DNA from: Candidatus Latescibacterota bacterium
GTDB taxonomy: Bacteria; Latescibacterota; UBA2968
DNA length: 64,000 nucleotides
NCBI GenBank assembly: GCA_965116885.1
Contig: OZ220741.1
Location: 4,832,001 to 4,896,000 of the forward strand
Direction of reading: 5' to 3'
In this document: positions 20,360 through 29,732 of the stretch, piece by piece
How the letters are laid out: each line of letters opens with the position of its first letter
How positions within the stretch are numbered: the stretch's first letter is position 1
Notes under the pieces: model-generated
Databases searched by the model: none
What the model was told of the DNA's origin: nothing
The model's input: the letters and a program-made list of their open reading frames with translations, nothing else
Position numbers and translations under genes: made by a program

Positions 20360-22404
20360 GGCATTCCTCCGTTCACGATATCCTCGTTTTCTGGATGGGG
20401 CATGCGCCGCTCTTTCTTCTCTACTGCGGGCTTCAACGCGCCAAACCGCACATCAACCCCTCTATCTCGAAGGGCTGGAATATGCGTGTTGAGCGATGTG
20501 GCACTTAAGGGGTTATTCCGTACATCAACCCAATCTCCACGGCCCAATCCCCTGTTTGCAACCAGAGGCGAAAGGTCTGTGATGTTGTTGTTGTAAAGAA
20601 ACAGATAGTCCAGACTGGTCCAGCTAGACAGCGCAGATACGTCTGAAATGTCGTTGCGGGAAAGATTCAGTAATCTTAGACTGGTCAAGTTTGATAGCAC
20701 AGATACATCTGAAATGTCGTTGCTGTAAAGATTCAGCCGTTCCAGACTGGTCAAGTTTGATAGCGCAGACACATCTGAAATGTCGTTGTTGGAAAGATGT
20801 AGCTGTTCCAGATTGGTCAAGTTTGATAGCACAGACACATCTGAAATGTCGTTGCTGCCAAGATACAGTATTTCCAGACTGGTCAAGTTTGATAGTAGCG
20901 TAATGTCCGATATGCCAGTGTCGGCAAGATCCAACGTTCTCAGCCTGATTAAGTGCGACAGGGGTGAAAAGTCCGAGATGTTGTTGCTATTACGCGGAAA
21001 ACTGACCGTATCATCATAACCAAGATGCAGCCAGGTCAGATTAGTTGCAAGCTCAAGCCCGGTCAAATCACTGATGTTCGCGTTCGGAGCCTCGAGTTCT
21101 GACAAGAATGCCATCTCAAAACTGGTGATCGGTTCATCTGAAGCCTTGCCCAAATTTGTTTTAATGGCTGCACGCAAGTTGGCATCTGGGATATTTGCTT
21201 CTGATAGGTTGGACAAGCGAGACAGCAATGAGCTGTCTCTGATTATGGTGCCGTAAAGACTGAGCGATATCAATCTGGTTAAACCCGACAACGGCGATAT
21301 ATCCGAGAAGAAATTGTCGTGAAGTCTGAGGCTTCTCAGGTTGGTTAAGCCCGATAGCGGTGTGATGTCCGAGATGATATTATTCGACAGGTCCAGTGAT
21401 GTCAGATTGGTTAAGCCCGATAGCGGTGTGATGTCCGAGATGATATTATAGGACAGGTCCAGCGATGTCAATTTGATTAAGCCCGATAGCGGGGTAATGT
21501 CCGAAATGATATTATAGGACAGGTTCAGTGGTATCAGACCAGTTGCAAACTCGAGCCCGGTCAAATCGCTGATCTCCGAGCTTGACGCTTCAAGGCTTGT
21601 CAAACTCGCCATCTCTGCCCTCGTGATTGGCGCGCCTCTCGCCTTGCCCAGTGCAGTCTCGATTGCTACACGGAGGTTCGCATCTGGAATGGTAACCTGT
21701 GTTTCCTCTCTACCGCCACCGGTTTCTGTGCCAAAGCTGCTGCTAAAAATTAGAAAATCGCCAAAGCCAATCGCGTCGTCGCTGTCCAGGTCGTACTTCG
21801 CTTCATATTTCCCATCGCCCCGACGGGTCCCAAAATGCCCCACAAACGCCAGGAAGTCGATAAAATTAACCACACCATCTTCATTAAAATCCAGAGTAAG
21901 GACCTGTAACTTTAATTCAACGCTCGTATTCAGGGTTATAGTCTCAAATCTGCCACCCCGACCGAGTTCTGCGCGCACCAACCGAATCGCTGTGCCCGAA
22001 AACGCGGCTGTCGTGCGAAAGCGAGCCGTGCCTACCAAACCGCTGTTGGCAGTTGCTTGACCACCCAAAGCCGCAATGCCGATCTCCACAAAAGTTGGAT
22101 TCGTACCATGCTCTATGAGTGCTTGAGCATTGGGCAATACATTGTCCACGTCAAAGCCCTCGTAAGTCACCTGACTGGCATCGTATTCAAAACGCACGGC
22201 AAGTCCAATCGCATTTTGTATATCCTTGCCAAATATCTGAATGGCGACATCTCGATCCGCGGACACATTGATAGACGTAATCGCTTGATCACCTGCGGCA
22301 CCATCCACATCCAGTGAAACGGAAAAGCTGTTCTGTGCCAAAAGAGACAGGGGGTGTATCAAAAGTGCAAGTATTGATAAAGTTGACAGGATCAGGTTGC
22401 GCAT
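20356..22404 (-). CDS. Secreted protein with cohesin-like, dockerin-like and internalin-type LRR domains
   Basis: Signal peptide; beta-sandwich with FEYDASQV; DFNEDGVVNFIDF / DLDSDDAIGFGDF; IPDANLR caps; 22-aa LRRs (LSGLTNLTSLDLSNNIISDITP). Confidence 0.8.
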   Translation of the reverse strand: MRNLILSTLSILALLIHPLSLLAQNSFSVSLDVDGAAGDQAITSINVSADRDVAIQIFGKDIQNAIGLAVRFEYDASQVTYEGFDVDNVLPNAQALIEHGTNPTFVEIGIAALGGQATANSGLVGTARFRTTAAFSGTAIRLVRAELGRGGRFETITLNTSVELKLQVLTLDFNEDGVVNFIDFLAFVGHFGTRRGDGKYEAKYDLDSDDAIGFGDFLIFSSSFGTETGGGREETQVTIPDANLRVAIETALGKARGAPITRAEMASLTSLEASSSEISDLTGLEFATGLIPLNLSYNIISDITPLSGLIKLTSLDLSYNIISDITPLSGLTNLTSLDLSNNIISDITPLSGLTNLRSLRLHDNFFSDISPLSGLTRLISLSLYGTIIRDSSLLSRLSNLSEANIPDANLRAAIKTNLGKASDEPITSFEMAFLSELEAPNANISDLTGLELATNLTWLHLGYDDTVSFPRNSNNISDFSPLSHLIRLRTLDLADTGISDITLLSNLTSLEILYLGSNDISDVSVLSNLTNLEQLHLSNNDISDVSALSNLTSLERLNLYSNDISDVSVLSNLTSLRLLNLSRNDISDVSALSSWTSLDYLFLYNNNITDLSPLVANRGLGRGDWVDVRNNPLSATSLNTHIPALRDRGVDVRFGALKPAVEKKERRMPHPENEDIVNGGMP
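20600..20900. repeat. 66-bp tandem coding repeats (LRR units)
   Basis: CAGACTGGTCAAGTTTGATAGC...CATCTGAAATGTCGTTG recurs at ~66-bp period; boundaries approximate. Confidence 0.8.
21290..21530. repeat. 66-bp tandem coding repeats (LRR units)
   Basis: TTAAGCCCGATAGCGG...ATGTCCGA..TGATATTAT recurs at 66-bp period; boundaries approximate. Confidence 0.8.
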
Positions 22405-22510
22405 CGGGGTCTCCTGCTGATGGGCCTTCTCACGTTGGTTTCAGACGTGTCCTTTGAAAGACCACCACGGCTTTGCTTACGGCGAAAGGGTTGAATATAG
22501 AAAAATATAA

Positions 22511-22526
22511 AGCAATTTCCGTGCCA
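22511..22526 (-). promoter_or_regulatory. sigma54 (-24/-12) promoter
   Basis: Minus strand reads TGGCAC-GGAAA-TTGCT, matching the consensus, ~105 bp upstream of the 22404 start. Confidence 0.8.
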
Positions 22527-22591
22527 AAAACCTCTTCTCTATGTTTTACAATCAGTTACGAAAATTTGTGCCATGAACGCAGTTTAATAAG

Positions 22592-22744
22592 TGTCCGATT
22601 TTGATACAGTAGTGTCCGAAAATGAACACTTGAAATAAAAACCATATCCCGAATGATGTTGTGCGAAATAATTAGCATATAAATTTCAAAAAAATAACCA
22701 AATAAAAACTCGTTGTCAAGGCCAGGATGCGAAATAATTAGCAT
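22592..22744. promoter_or_regulatory. Candidate enhancer-binding-protein sites
   Basis: TGT-N11-ACA (22592-22608), TGT-N10-ACA (22613-22628), and an exact 17-bp direct repeat TGCGAAATAATTAGCAT at 22662 and 22728. Confidence 0.55.
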
Positions 22745-22818
22745 TTTTTGATACCCGGTAAAAACGGCGGTGGATCTTATGTCCACTGCCATTTTTTTAT
22801 TACAACCAAATTTGAAAA

Positions 22819-23316
22819 TCAAAGTTGGAAATTTAATCCAACAGAAAAAGGTTGCTCGAGGATACCTTCCCCCTTCGCAATGGGAATTGTCCAGAGTTTG
22901 TTGAGATTCAGGGCAACTCGCTCAGACAGTGAAATAAGCGCCCCGATCTTTGGCTGAAAGAAAACACCGGAATTGGCAGGTCGATAAATCGTGCCACCCG
23001 AAAGCGTATAATAAAATCCGAACCGCCCCACAATCTTATGAACATTGCGGATACCCACACCAAGCGTAAACTGACGCCTGCCATCTGATCCCCAAGGATG
23101 TTTGATTATCTGATCGCCATAAGCCATTGCGACTTCCAGGCCAATAGATGGTTTCAGCCCCAGCACGCCCAATAACTTTACTCGAGATTGGTAGCCATCA
23201 GTTGGAGAATTTGCAAATTCTCCCTCTACACCCACATAGTTGTGCTTCATCTCTTCGGCAGCAAGCGGACTGGACAAAAGCATCAAAAGCATCGGAAAAA
23301 AAAGTAAAGTTTTCAT
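22819..23316 (-). CDS. Small exported protein, probable outer-membrane beta-barrel
   Basis: Signal peptide; alternating strands; C-terminal FSVGLNFQL. Confidence 0.55.
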   Translation of the reverse strand: MKTLLFFPMLLMLLSSPLAAEEMKHNYVGVEGEFANSPTDGYQSRVKLLGVLGLKPSIGLEVAMAYGDQIIKHPWGSDGRRQFTLGVGIRNVHKIVGRFGFYYTLSGGTIYRPANSGVFFQPKIGALISLSERVALNLNKLWTIPIAKGEGILEQPFSVGLNFQL

Positions 23317-23365
23317 CTGGTGGTAACCCCCTGAAAATGTGTGACCCCGGCTGGATTATTGTATA

Positions 23366-23381
23366 AGCAAAATTCGTGCCG
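23366..23381 (-). promoter_or_regulatory. sigma54 (-24/-12) promoter
   Basis: Minus strand CGGCAC-GAATT-TTGCT; palindromic TGTGCT-N5-AGCACA at 23470-23486 upstream. Confidence 0.65.
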
Positions 23382-23543
23382 TAAACTGTTTTTTGGAAAG
23401 AAATGATATAAATGCCTATTTTTATAGTATTTTGATTATCTCATTCTATTTAACAAAGAAAGCAACAGATGTGCTTTTTTAGCACAGATGTTGTAAAATT
23501 GATACAATATGGAGTTAGGCAAGTCCCCTGCTGCCTTCATCGT

Positions 23544-25361
23544 TCAACCACCATCATCCAAACGCCTGGGCGGAGACACCAGGGCCATTCCCCGGGCATA
23601 AGCCCAATGCCGGGCGGCTTTGGCGAGTTTGGGATTGCCAGACGCGAGCATCGCGCTGGCCATGCGCTCATCGCCTTCGTGCTCCAGAGCCTGAACAAGA
23701 GCAGAAGTTGCAAATGCGGAATACTCGCGAATAAAAAATGGGTGCGCCGCTGCAATAACATCCAGTTCGCGTTCTCGCAGAGCGCGTTTTAAGACCTCGA
23801 CAACCCGATCACCACCTATCTCAGAAAGCTTCATAGCCGCCGCAATGCGTTCCACCCCTTTACCATTCTCAAATACTGAAACCCACGCATCAATCTTCTC
23901 CTGTACATCGCGCCTGTTGCGCCAATCTGGCTCAATATCCCGAAGTGCTTTCAACGCCATCCGCACATTCGCCCCCTTGCTCACCATTTCCACCAGCACA
24001 GGTACCACACGCGCATCCCCCAATTTGACAAGTGCCCACGCCGCAGACCAGCGCACAAAAACCGAACCATCATTTAACGCTTGCGCCAGAGCATCCGCCG
24101 TTCGCGGATCGCCTATTTGTCCCAACGATTCTGCTGCAGCACTTCGGACATGTATCCCCGGATGGCCCAACAAGCGAATCAAAGCATCTACGCCTCGTCT
24201 GTCGTTTAAAACACCCAAAGTACGGGCAATTGATACCATCAATTCCTCTCCAGATCGCCCCTGCACATACATCTCCCGATCCACGACTGAGATCAGCATA
24301 TCAACAGCACTCGTATCGCGCAATGAGCCCAATGCCCGCGCTGCTGCTCCGCGAACAGATCTGTCTTCTCCCACAACGATATGCCTCAATACACCTGCCG
24401 CGCGCATATCTCTCATTTTACCCAGCGACTGAATGGCCTGCCGACGCACATCGCGATTTCGATCTTCTATTGCGGCGAGCAATGCCTGTACTGCCCGTTG
24501 ATCTTTCAAATCGCCCAAAAAACGCGCAGCGACCTTTCGCTCATCGTCATTGCCCTCTGTCACCCTGCGACACCAGTACATCACCAGTTCTTCGGCCCAT
24601 TCTCTCTCTCGCCAGTCGGGAACAACCGCGTTGAGACCCTCCAATGCACGGAGCCGAATGACTGCCTGCTTATCGCCCAACACATCATTTTGCATCAAAT
24701 CGCGCCGAAATCTCTCCATAGCCATCTCGACCTCTGGGCGCGCACGCCAATTTTTATCAATCTGCGCCAGCGCAAACAGAACCTTCTGGCGTATCTCTTC
24801 ATCGCCCAACAAATTTGCCAGAGGGCCAATCGCCCGGGGCGATCCAATGCGTCCCAAAGCCACTGCTGAAACCCAGCGCACCTGACTCGTTTCACCTTGT
24901 ATTTGCAAACACAGGACATCCACCGCAGCCGAATCACCGATCTGACCCAGCGCATCTACCGCAGCCAATCGCAATACAGGTACCTCCTCTTGCACAACAG
25001 CGACCAAAGCATCCACCGCAGTCGAATCTCCAATCTGACCCAGCGCATCTACCGCAGCCAATGCCAGAACAGCCCGCTTGTCCTGCAAAAAAGGAATGAG
25101 AACCCCAGTCGCTCGCCTGTCTTTCAGCATACCCAGCGCATCTATCGCAGCCAGCCGCACCCGCGCTTTTTCATCTTTCAATGCCCGAATCAAATGCGGC
25201 ACAGCATCCAACTGACCACTCTCCCCCAACTTCCCAATCCCATAAACCCGCACATCGACATCCACATGGCGCGACTGACGCACGTATTCATCAATACCCC
25301 GAGAGCAACCGCCCAACGCCAGCGCGAAAATCAGACAAATGTATAACTTTCTATTTTCCAT
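23544..25361 (-). CDS. HEAT/PBS-lyase repeat lipoprotein
   Basis: Lipobox LALGGC; many VRxAAxxALGxIGD repeats. Confidence 0.85.
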   Translation of the reverse strand: MENRKLYICLIFALALGGCSRGIDEYVRQSRHVDVDVRVYGIGKLGESGQLDAVPHLIRALKDEKARVRLAAIDALGMLKDRRATGVLIPFLQDKRAVLALAAVDALGQIGDSTAVDALVAVVQEEVPVLRLAAVDALGQIGDSAAVDVLCLQIQGETSQVRWVSAVALGRIGSPRAIGPLANLLGDEEIRQKVLFALAQIDKNWRARPEVEMAMERFRRDLMQNDVLGDKQAVIRLRALEGLNAVVPDWREREWAEELVMYWCRRVTEGNDDERKVAARFLGDLKDQRAVQALLAAIEDRNRDVRRQAIQSLGKMRDMRAAGVLRHIVVGEDRSVRGAAARALGSLRDTSAVDMLISVVDREMYVQGRSGEELMVSIARTLGVLNDRRGVDALIRLLGHPGIHVRSAAAESLGQIGDPRTADALAQALNDGSVFVRWSAAWALVKLGDARVVPVLVEMVSKGANVRMALKALRDIEPDWRNRRDVQEKIDAWVSVFENGKGVERIAAAMKLSEIGGDRVVEVLKRALRERELDVIAAAHPFFIREYSAFATSALVQALEHEGDERMASAMLASGNPKLAKAARHWAYARGMALVSPPRRLDDGG

Positions 25362-25393
25362 CTATATATCTCTACTCAATTTAAGCCCCACGG

Positions 25394-25422
25394 TTGACTG
25401 CCTATCCAACAGTCTATATACT
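25394..25422 (+). promoter_or_regulatory. sigma70 promoter of small peptide gene
   Basis: TTGACT-N17-TATACT. Confidence 0.75.
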
Positions 25423-25495
25423 ATCGGCATAGGATTTGGCGTTCTGTGCGTTAGTGCTGCTTTATTCATCCTTACCTTTTTGGAGGACGATAGCA

Positions 25496-25603
25496 ATGGT
25501 TGAGACGATTATTGGTATGGCTTTGGTCACTGCCTTGTGCTGGATTGTCGCATTACTGGTGCGGCGACAAAAAGTAAAACGGTCAAATGATCTTCAAAAA
25601 TAA
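25496..25603 (+). CDS. 35-aa single-TM membrane peptide (type I toxin-like), absent from the ORF track
   Basis: GGAGGA RBS, ATG 25496 to TAA 25603; MVETIIGMALVTALCWIVALLVRRQKVKRSNDLQK. Confidence 0.65.
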   Translation: MVETIIGMALVTALCWIVALLVRRQKVKRSNDLQK

Positions 25604-25650
25604 CCACTTGTTCAAAAAATTAATCTGGCTACTGTTCCACATCAACCAGA

Positions 25651-25684
25651 CCCCCGAAATACACATTCCGGGGGCATTTCTTTT
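25651..25684 (+). terminator. Terminator hairpin between the peptide gene and the convergent WG gene
   Basis: CCCCCGAAAT...ATTCCGGGGG followed by CATTTCTTTT. Confidence 0.6.
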
Positions 25685-25696
25685 ATCACATAAAAA

Positions 25697-26899
25697 TCAT
25701 TTCGTTTTCCTAAAACTTCCCACATCGTCAAATTGCGGCTCAATCACGACCTCACCTTTAGAGTTGATATACCCATGTTTATCATCAATTTTTAATACTG
25801 CCAAACCATTAGAAAAAGTGGAAATGTAGAAAGGATAATCAACTTGTGGCTCAATGACGAACTCACCTTTAGTATTGATATACCCTTTTTTATTATCATT
25901 TTCTCTTACAAGTGCCAATCCGTTATGAAAAGGAAACGCCATGTCAAATTGTGGCTCAATCACAACCTTGCCTTCCCGATTAATATACCCCCATTTGTCT
26001 CCGATCATTACACGCACCAGTCCCTCTGAAAAATACCAAGCATTATCAACGTACTTTGTGATGGTGCCTCCATCCGCCGACTCTTGAGAAGAATAGGCAT
26101 CATAAAATTGTGGCTCAATCACATACTTACCTTTAGCATCTATATATCCCCACTTACCCATGTAAGATCTCCCGATTTTTACGCCCGCCAATCCCTCTGA
26201 AAAATCCTTTGCCTCGTCAAACCGTGGCTCAATCACAATCTCGCCTTCAGGATTGATATACCCATACTTGCCACGGTAGTCTCCGATTCTCACTACCGCC
26301 AATCCCTCTGAAAAACGCCGGACAGAGTCAAATTTAGGCTTAATCACAATCTCGCCTTCAGGATTGATATATCCATACTTGCCACGGTAGTCTCCGATTC
26401 TCACCACCGCCAGTCCCTCTGAAAAATCCTCTGCCGAATCAAATAGTATCTCGATCACAATCTCGCCTTCAGGATTGATATATCCATACGTGAGATTGTC
26501 CTTGCTACCGATACCTACGACTGCCAACCCTTCAGAAAAAGAATGCGCATGGTCAAATTGTATATCAATCACGACCTCACCTTCTGCGTTGATATATCCC
26601 CACTTGCCGCTATCAGAGTCCCCGATTCTCACTACTGCCAATCCCTCTGAAAAAGACCAGGCAGAGTCAAACTTAGGCTCAATCACGATCTCACCGGCTG
26701 CATTGATATATCCCCACTTGTCTCCGATTTTTACCGCTGCCAACATCCCCTCCATTGTCACAGTATCCAGTTTTGTCTCAATCCTCACATCATCAGTTTT
26801 TAGATTCACCCTTTCATCTGACTCTGGGGCTAACTCCCCCGAATCAGAGCAAGAAAACAGAAGGGTTGAGAAAATCAGGATATATAAGATATTGTTCAT
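25697..26899 (-). CDS. WG-repeat (KWG-type) lipoprotein, copy B
   Basis: Lipobox LLFSC; repeated KWGYINxxGEIVIEPxFDxAxxFSEGLA. Confidence 0.9.
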   Translation of the reverse strand: MNNILYILIFSTLLFSCSDSGELAPESDERVNLKTDDVRIETKLDTVTMEGMLAAVKIGDKWGYINAAGEIVIEPKFDSAWSFSEGLAVVRIGDSDSGKWGYINAEGEVVIDIQFDHAHSFSEGLAVVGIGSKDNLTYGYINPEGEIVIEILFDSAEDFSEGLAVVRIGDYRGKYGYINPEGEIVIKPKFDSVRRFSEGLAVVRIGDYRGKYGYINPEGEIVIEPRFDEAKDFSEGLAGVKIGRSYMGKWGYIDAKGKYVIEPQFYDAYSSQESADGGTITKYVDNAWYFSEGLVRVMIGDKWGYINREGKVVIEPQFDMAFPFHNGLALVRENDNKKGYINTKGEFVIEPQVDYPFYISTFSNGLAVLKIDDKHGYINSKGEVVIEPQFDDVGSFRKTK

Positions 26900-27029
26900 T
26901 GCAACACCACCCCTTCTCGTGATAACACCTGTCCCCTTCTCACAACCCAATCAAATACGACATCTTGAGCAACACTACTCTACTGATCTGGGAGAAAATC
27001 GCCAGCTATTCTAACTATTCTTTTGGTAA

Positions 27030-28949
27030 TCAAAATTTGATCAACTGAGTCATCCATACAGCTACGGGTTTGCCATTGTGTTCGGCAGGCTTGAACAGAA
27101 ATTGCGATATTGCATCTATCGCCGCTTGTCGAAATACCTCCGATCCTATGGTTCTCAAAACCGTCACATCACTCACCGAACCATCCACATTAACTATGAA
27201 CTTCAAAAAGACTTTGCCTTCCAAACTATCTCTGATTGCCTCCTCGGGATACACAAGCTCAACCGAGTGCAGAAGCTTGGGCTTTGCTTCAACCATAAAA
27301 AATTCGAGCACCTTACTACTGTCAGCATCAGCAGACGCAGACGACGCGTTCTGTTGCTTTGGCTTGAACTTTTGTTTTTCTTCAATAAATTTTGCCAATG
27401 CAGCCTGCTGCTCTAGCTCTAATGCGTATCTGGAGCTTTGGGAACCCCCGACAAGTTCTTCACCATTACCAATCGCAATTGGTGGGATAAAGCTGACCGA
27501 ATAAAACAACTCTGATGCCAGTTCCAGTTCTGATCTTTCAAACTCAAACTGTTGCATCATCCATGCAGGCATAGCTTTGCCATCGTGTTTTGCAGGCTTG
27601 AATCGCCATTGCGATACCGCTTCTATGACCGTTTGATGAAATATCTCCGATCCCTTCAAAATGCGCACATCGCTCACTGAGCCATCCACGTTAATTAAAA
27701 ACCTCAATGACACTGTGCCTTCTACCTGATCTCTGATTGCCTTCTCTGGATACACCACTATAACATCAAGCATAACATCATTTACAAGAACGGCCTTTCT
27801 CGAAATCTCGGATTTTTCCCCGATTTCAATCTTTTCCTCAGCCTCGGTTAATTCTATAAACTCACGACTATCAGCATTGCCAGACGCAGGCAATGCACTC
27901 TGGTGCTCTGGTACGGGTTCGAGCTTTTTCTCTTCCTCGACCAATTCTATAATCTCAAGGCTATCTTCGTCCTGCGTGTACGCTTCCCGAATCGAAAAAG
28001 GCACAATCGCCAGACCGATGAGAACCGGAATTGTCAACTGCCATCTGGATCGTTTCACATTGTCATCCTTGAAATTAAGGACATACTCCAATCGTTTCTT
28101 GAGCGCAGTCCCACGCTCGTTGAAATACAGCGCACTCAGTGCAGGACGTCTATCGACAAATCCAAATAACAGCCGTCCATATTCGGCAGGCGTCAGATTC
28201 GTCTCGCGCAACACTGCCTCGTCACAGCGCAACTCGCACAAAAAAGTCAGCCTTCGATTCAGCAGCCAGACCAGCGGATTTATACAAAACAGCGCCATTG
28301 CAATCGCCTGAAAAATCAGCACCCAGATATCGCGATTATCCCGATGCGCCAACTCGTGTGCAACAACACCGCGCAACTCATCGGGCGACCAGGACGACCA
28401 ATGCGCTGGCAAATACAATCTCGGTTTTACAATACCGACCAGAAGCGGAGAACGCAGACTCGCTTTGGCATAAACCTTCATATCCCGTACCTTATCCAGC
28501 GATCCCGCCTCTCTCGCCAGATCAACCGGCACTGCCACACTGAGCGCGCGGTGAAACGCCGCATTCTTCCACAACGTCACACCCGCCCATACCACAACCG
28601 AAACACCCCACAGGCAAAACAGATAAAACGACAGTGGGGGAGGTGGCCCAGGTACAACAACCTTAACCTTATAAACCACATCATAATAAACAGGATCGCC
28701 AATATGTTCCGGCACACCATAAGAAGGAACGGGGTATAAAAACGTCAAAAACTCTGGTAGAGGAATAGCATAAAAAGGTGGCACAAACACCTTCGCCAAT
28801 GCCAGCAAATACAGAACATACCGCAACCGCGTATCCAGCGACATACAGCGATCCACTGCCCACACCAGCAAAATGAACAGCGACACTTCGACAAAATGCA
28901 CCGCATAAAGCGGCCACCACGCCTCGGCCAAATAGATCAACAAACCCAT
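27030..28949 (-). CDS. BlaR1-like M56 peptidase fused to two TonB C-terminal domains, copy B
   Basis: HELAH zinc motif, NPLVW, ELRCD; two YPxxA...EGxV.L.F.VNVDGSV...FKPA domains. Confidence 0.9.
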   Translation of the reverse strand: MGLLIYLAEAWWPLYAVHFVEVSLFILLVWAVDRCMSLDTRLRYVLYLLALAKVFVPPFYAIPLPEFLTFLYPVPSYGVPEHIGDPVYYDVVYKVKVVVPGPPPPLSFYLFCLWGVSVVVWAGVTLWKNAAFHRALSVAVPVDLAREAGSLDKVRDMKVYAKASLRSPLLVGIVKPRLYLPAHWSSWSPDELRGVVAHELAHRDNRDIWVLIFQAIAMALFCINPLVWLLNRRLTFLCELRCDEAVLRETNLTPAEYGRLLFGFVDRRPALSALYFNERGTALKKRLEYVLNFKDDNVKRSRWQLTIPVLIGLAIVPFSIREAYTQDEDSLEIIELVEEEKKLEPVPEHQSALPASGNADSREFIELTEAEEKIEIGEKSEISRKAVLVNDVMLDVIVVYPEKAIRDQVEGTVSLRFLINVDGSVSDVRILKGSEIFHQTVIEAVSQWRFKPAKHDGKAMPAWMMQQFEFERSELELASELFYSVSFIPPIAIGNGEELVGGSQSSRYALELEQQAALAKFIEEKQKFKPKQQNASSASADADSSKVLEFFMVEAKPKLLHSVELVYPEEAIRDSLEGKVFLKFIVNVDGSVSDVTVLRTIGSEVFRQAAIDAISQFLFKPAEHNGKPVAVWMTQLIKF

Positions 28950-29335
28950 TACGCGCCTCCTTTCTCCCTCGCCTCAATCAGCGCGCGCAACTCATCCAGC
29001 TCTTTCCGAGAAAGCTCGCCCGAATCCACGAGATAGGTCGCCAGCGCCCCAAAGGAACCCTCGAACATGCGAGATACCAGCGTGCGCGTCTCGACCTGCG
29101 CCACATCTTCTCGCGACAGGGTCGGTGTGTACACATTCACCGGACCGATCTTCTGCCGATTGAGCACACCCTTTTCAAACAGAATATTCATAATCGTCTG
29201 CACAGTCGTATAAGCCTTCTCGCCATTGGGATACAGATAATCGACAACATCGCGCACCGTAACCTGACGGGCGAGATGCCACACACCATCCATCACTTCC
29301 CATTCGGCCTCAGATAGTCGTTTCTTAGCAGCCAT
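28949..29335 (-). CDS. BlaI/MecI/CopY family repressor, copy B
   Basis: LSEAEWEVM...AYTTVQTIMNILFEKG; stop overlaps the M56 start (TAATG). Confidence 0.95.
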   Translation of the reverse strand: MAAKKRLSEAEWEVMDGVWHLARQVTVRDVVDYLYPNGEKAYTTVQTIMNILFEKGVLNRQKIGPVNVYTPTLSREDVAQVETRTLVSRMFEGSFGALATYLVDSGELSRKELDELRALIEAREKGGA

Positions 29336-29352
29336 AAGACTCTCTCCTTGAA

Positions 29353-29400
29353 ATATTACTAATTATTTAGTATTATGACGAACCTAATAGGAGAAGTCAA
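29353..29400 (-). promoter_or_regulatory. sigma70 promoter with overlapping palindromic operator
   Basis: TTGACT-N17-CATAAT on the minus strand; ATATTACTAA-TTAT-TTAGTATTAT near-palindrome at 29353-29376. Confidence 0.8.
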
Positions 29401-29494
29401 GCAAAAATCTCATTTTATAAATAAAAAAAGAGCGAACAGGTCTCTTCAACCCACCGCTCAGTTGCGCGACGAATCAGTCATCTTTTTTCTTCGT

Positions 29495-29698
29495 TCAACC
29501 ATCATCCAAACGCCTGGGCGGAGATACCAGAGCCATACCCCGGGTATAAGCCCAATGCCGAGCGGCTTTGGCGAGTTTGGGATTGCCAGACGCGAGCATT
29601 GCGCTGGCCATGCGCTCATCGCCTTCGTGCGCCAGCGCAAACACGACAGTCTGGGGCATCTCTTTCAAGACCTTTGTAAGCATCTTTCTCCTGAGCAT
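29495..29698 (-). pseudogene. Truncated remnant of the HEAT-repeat gene (3' end only)
   Basis: DNA 29491-29635 closely matches 23540-23687 (HEGDERMASAMLASGNPKLAKAARHWAY...PPRRLDDG). Confidence 0.75.
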
Positions 29699-29732
29699 AA
29701 TCTATGACACATACCCAATATCGCACACAAAA

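Noticed and set aside
22405..22500. Possible c-di-GMP-I riboswitch in the leader (GCAAAGCC on the minus strand)
   Set aside because: The GGCAAAC/GAAA P2 architecture is not evident; an Infernal search would be needed.
22559..22573. Third sigma54-like site (TGGCAC-AAATT-TTCG, minus strand); similar one near 14115-14129
   Set aside because: The -12 element lacks the conserved GC, and the second has no gene positioned downstream.
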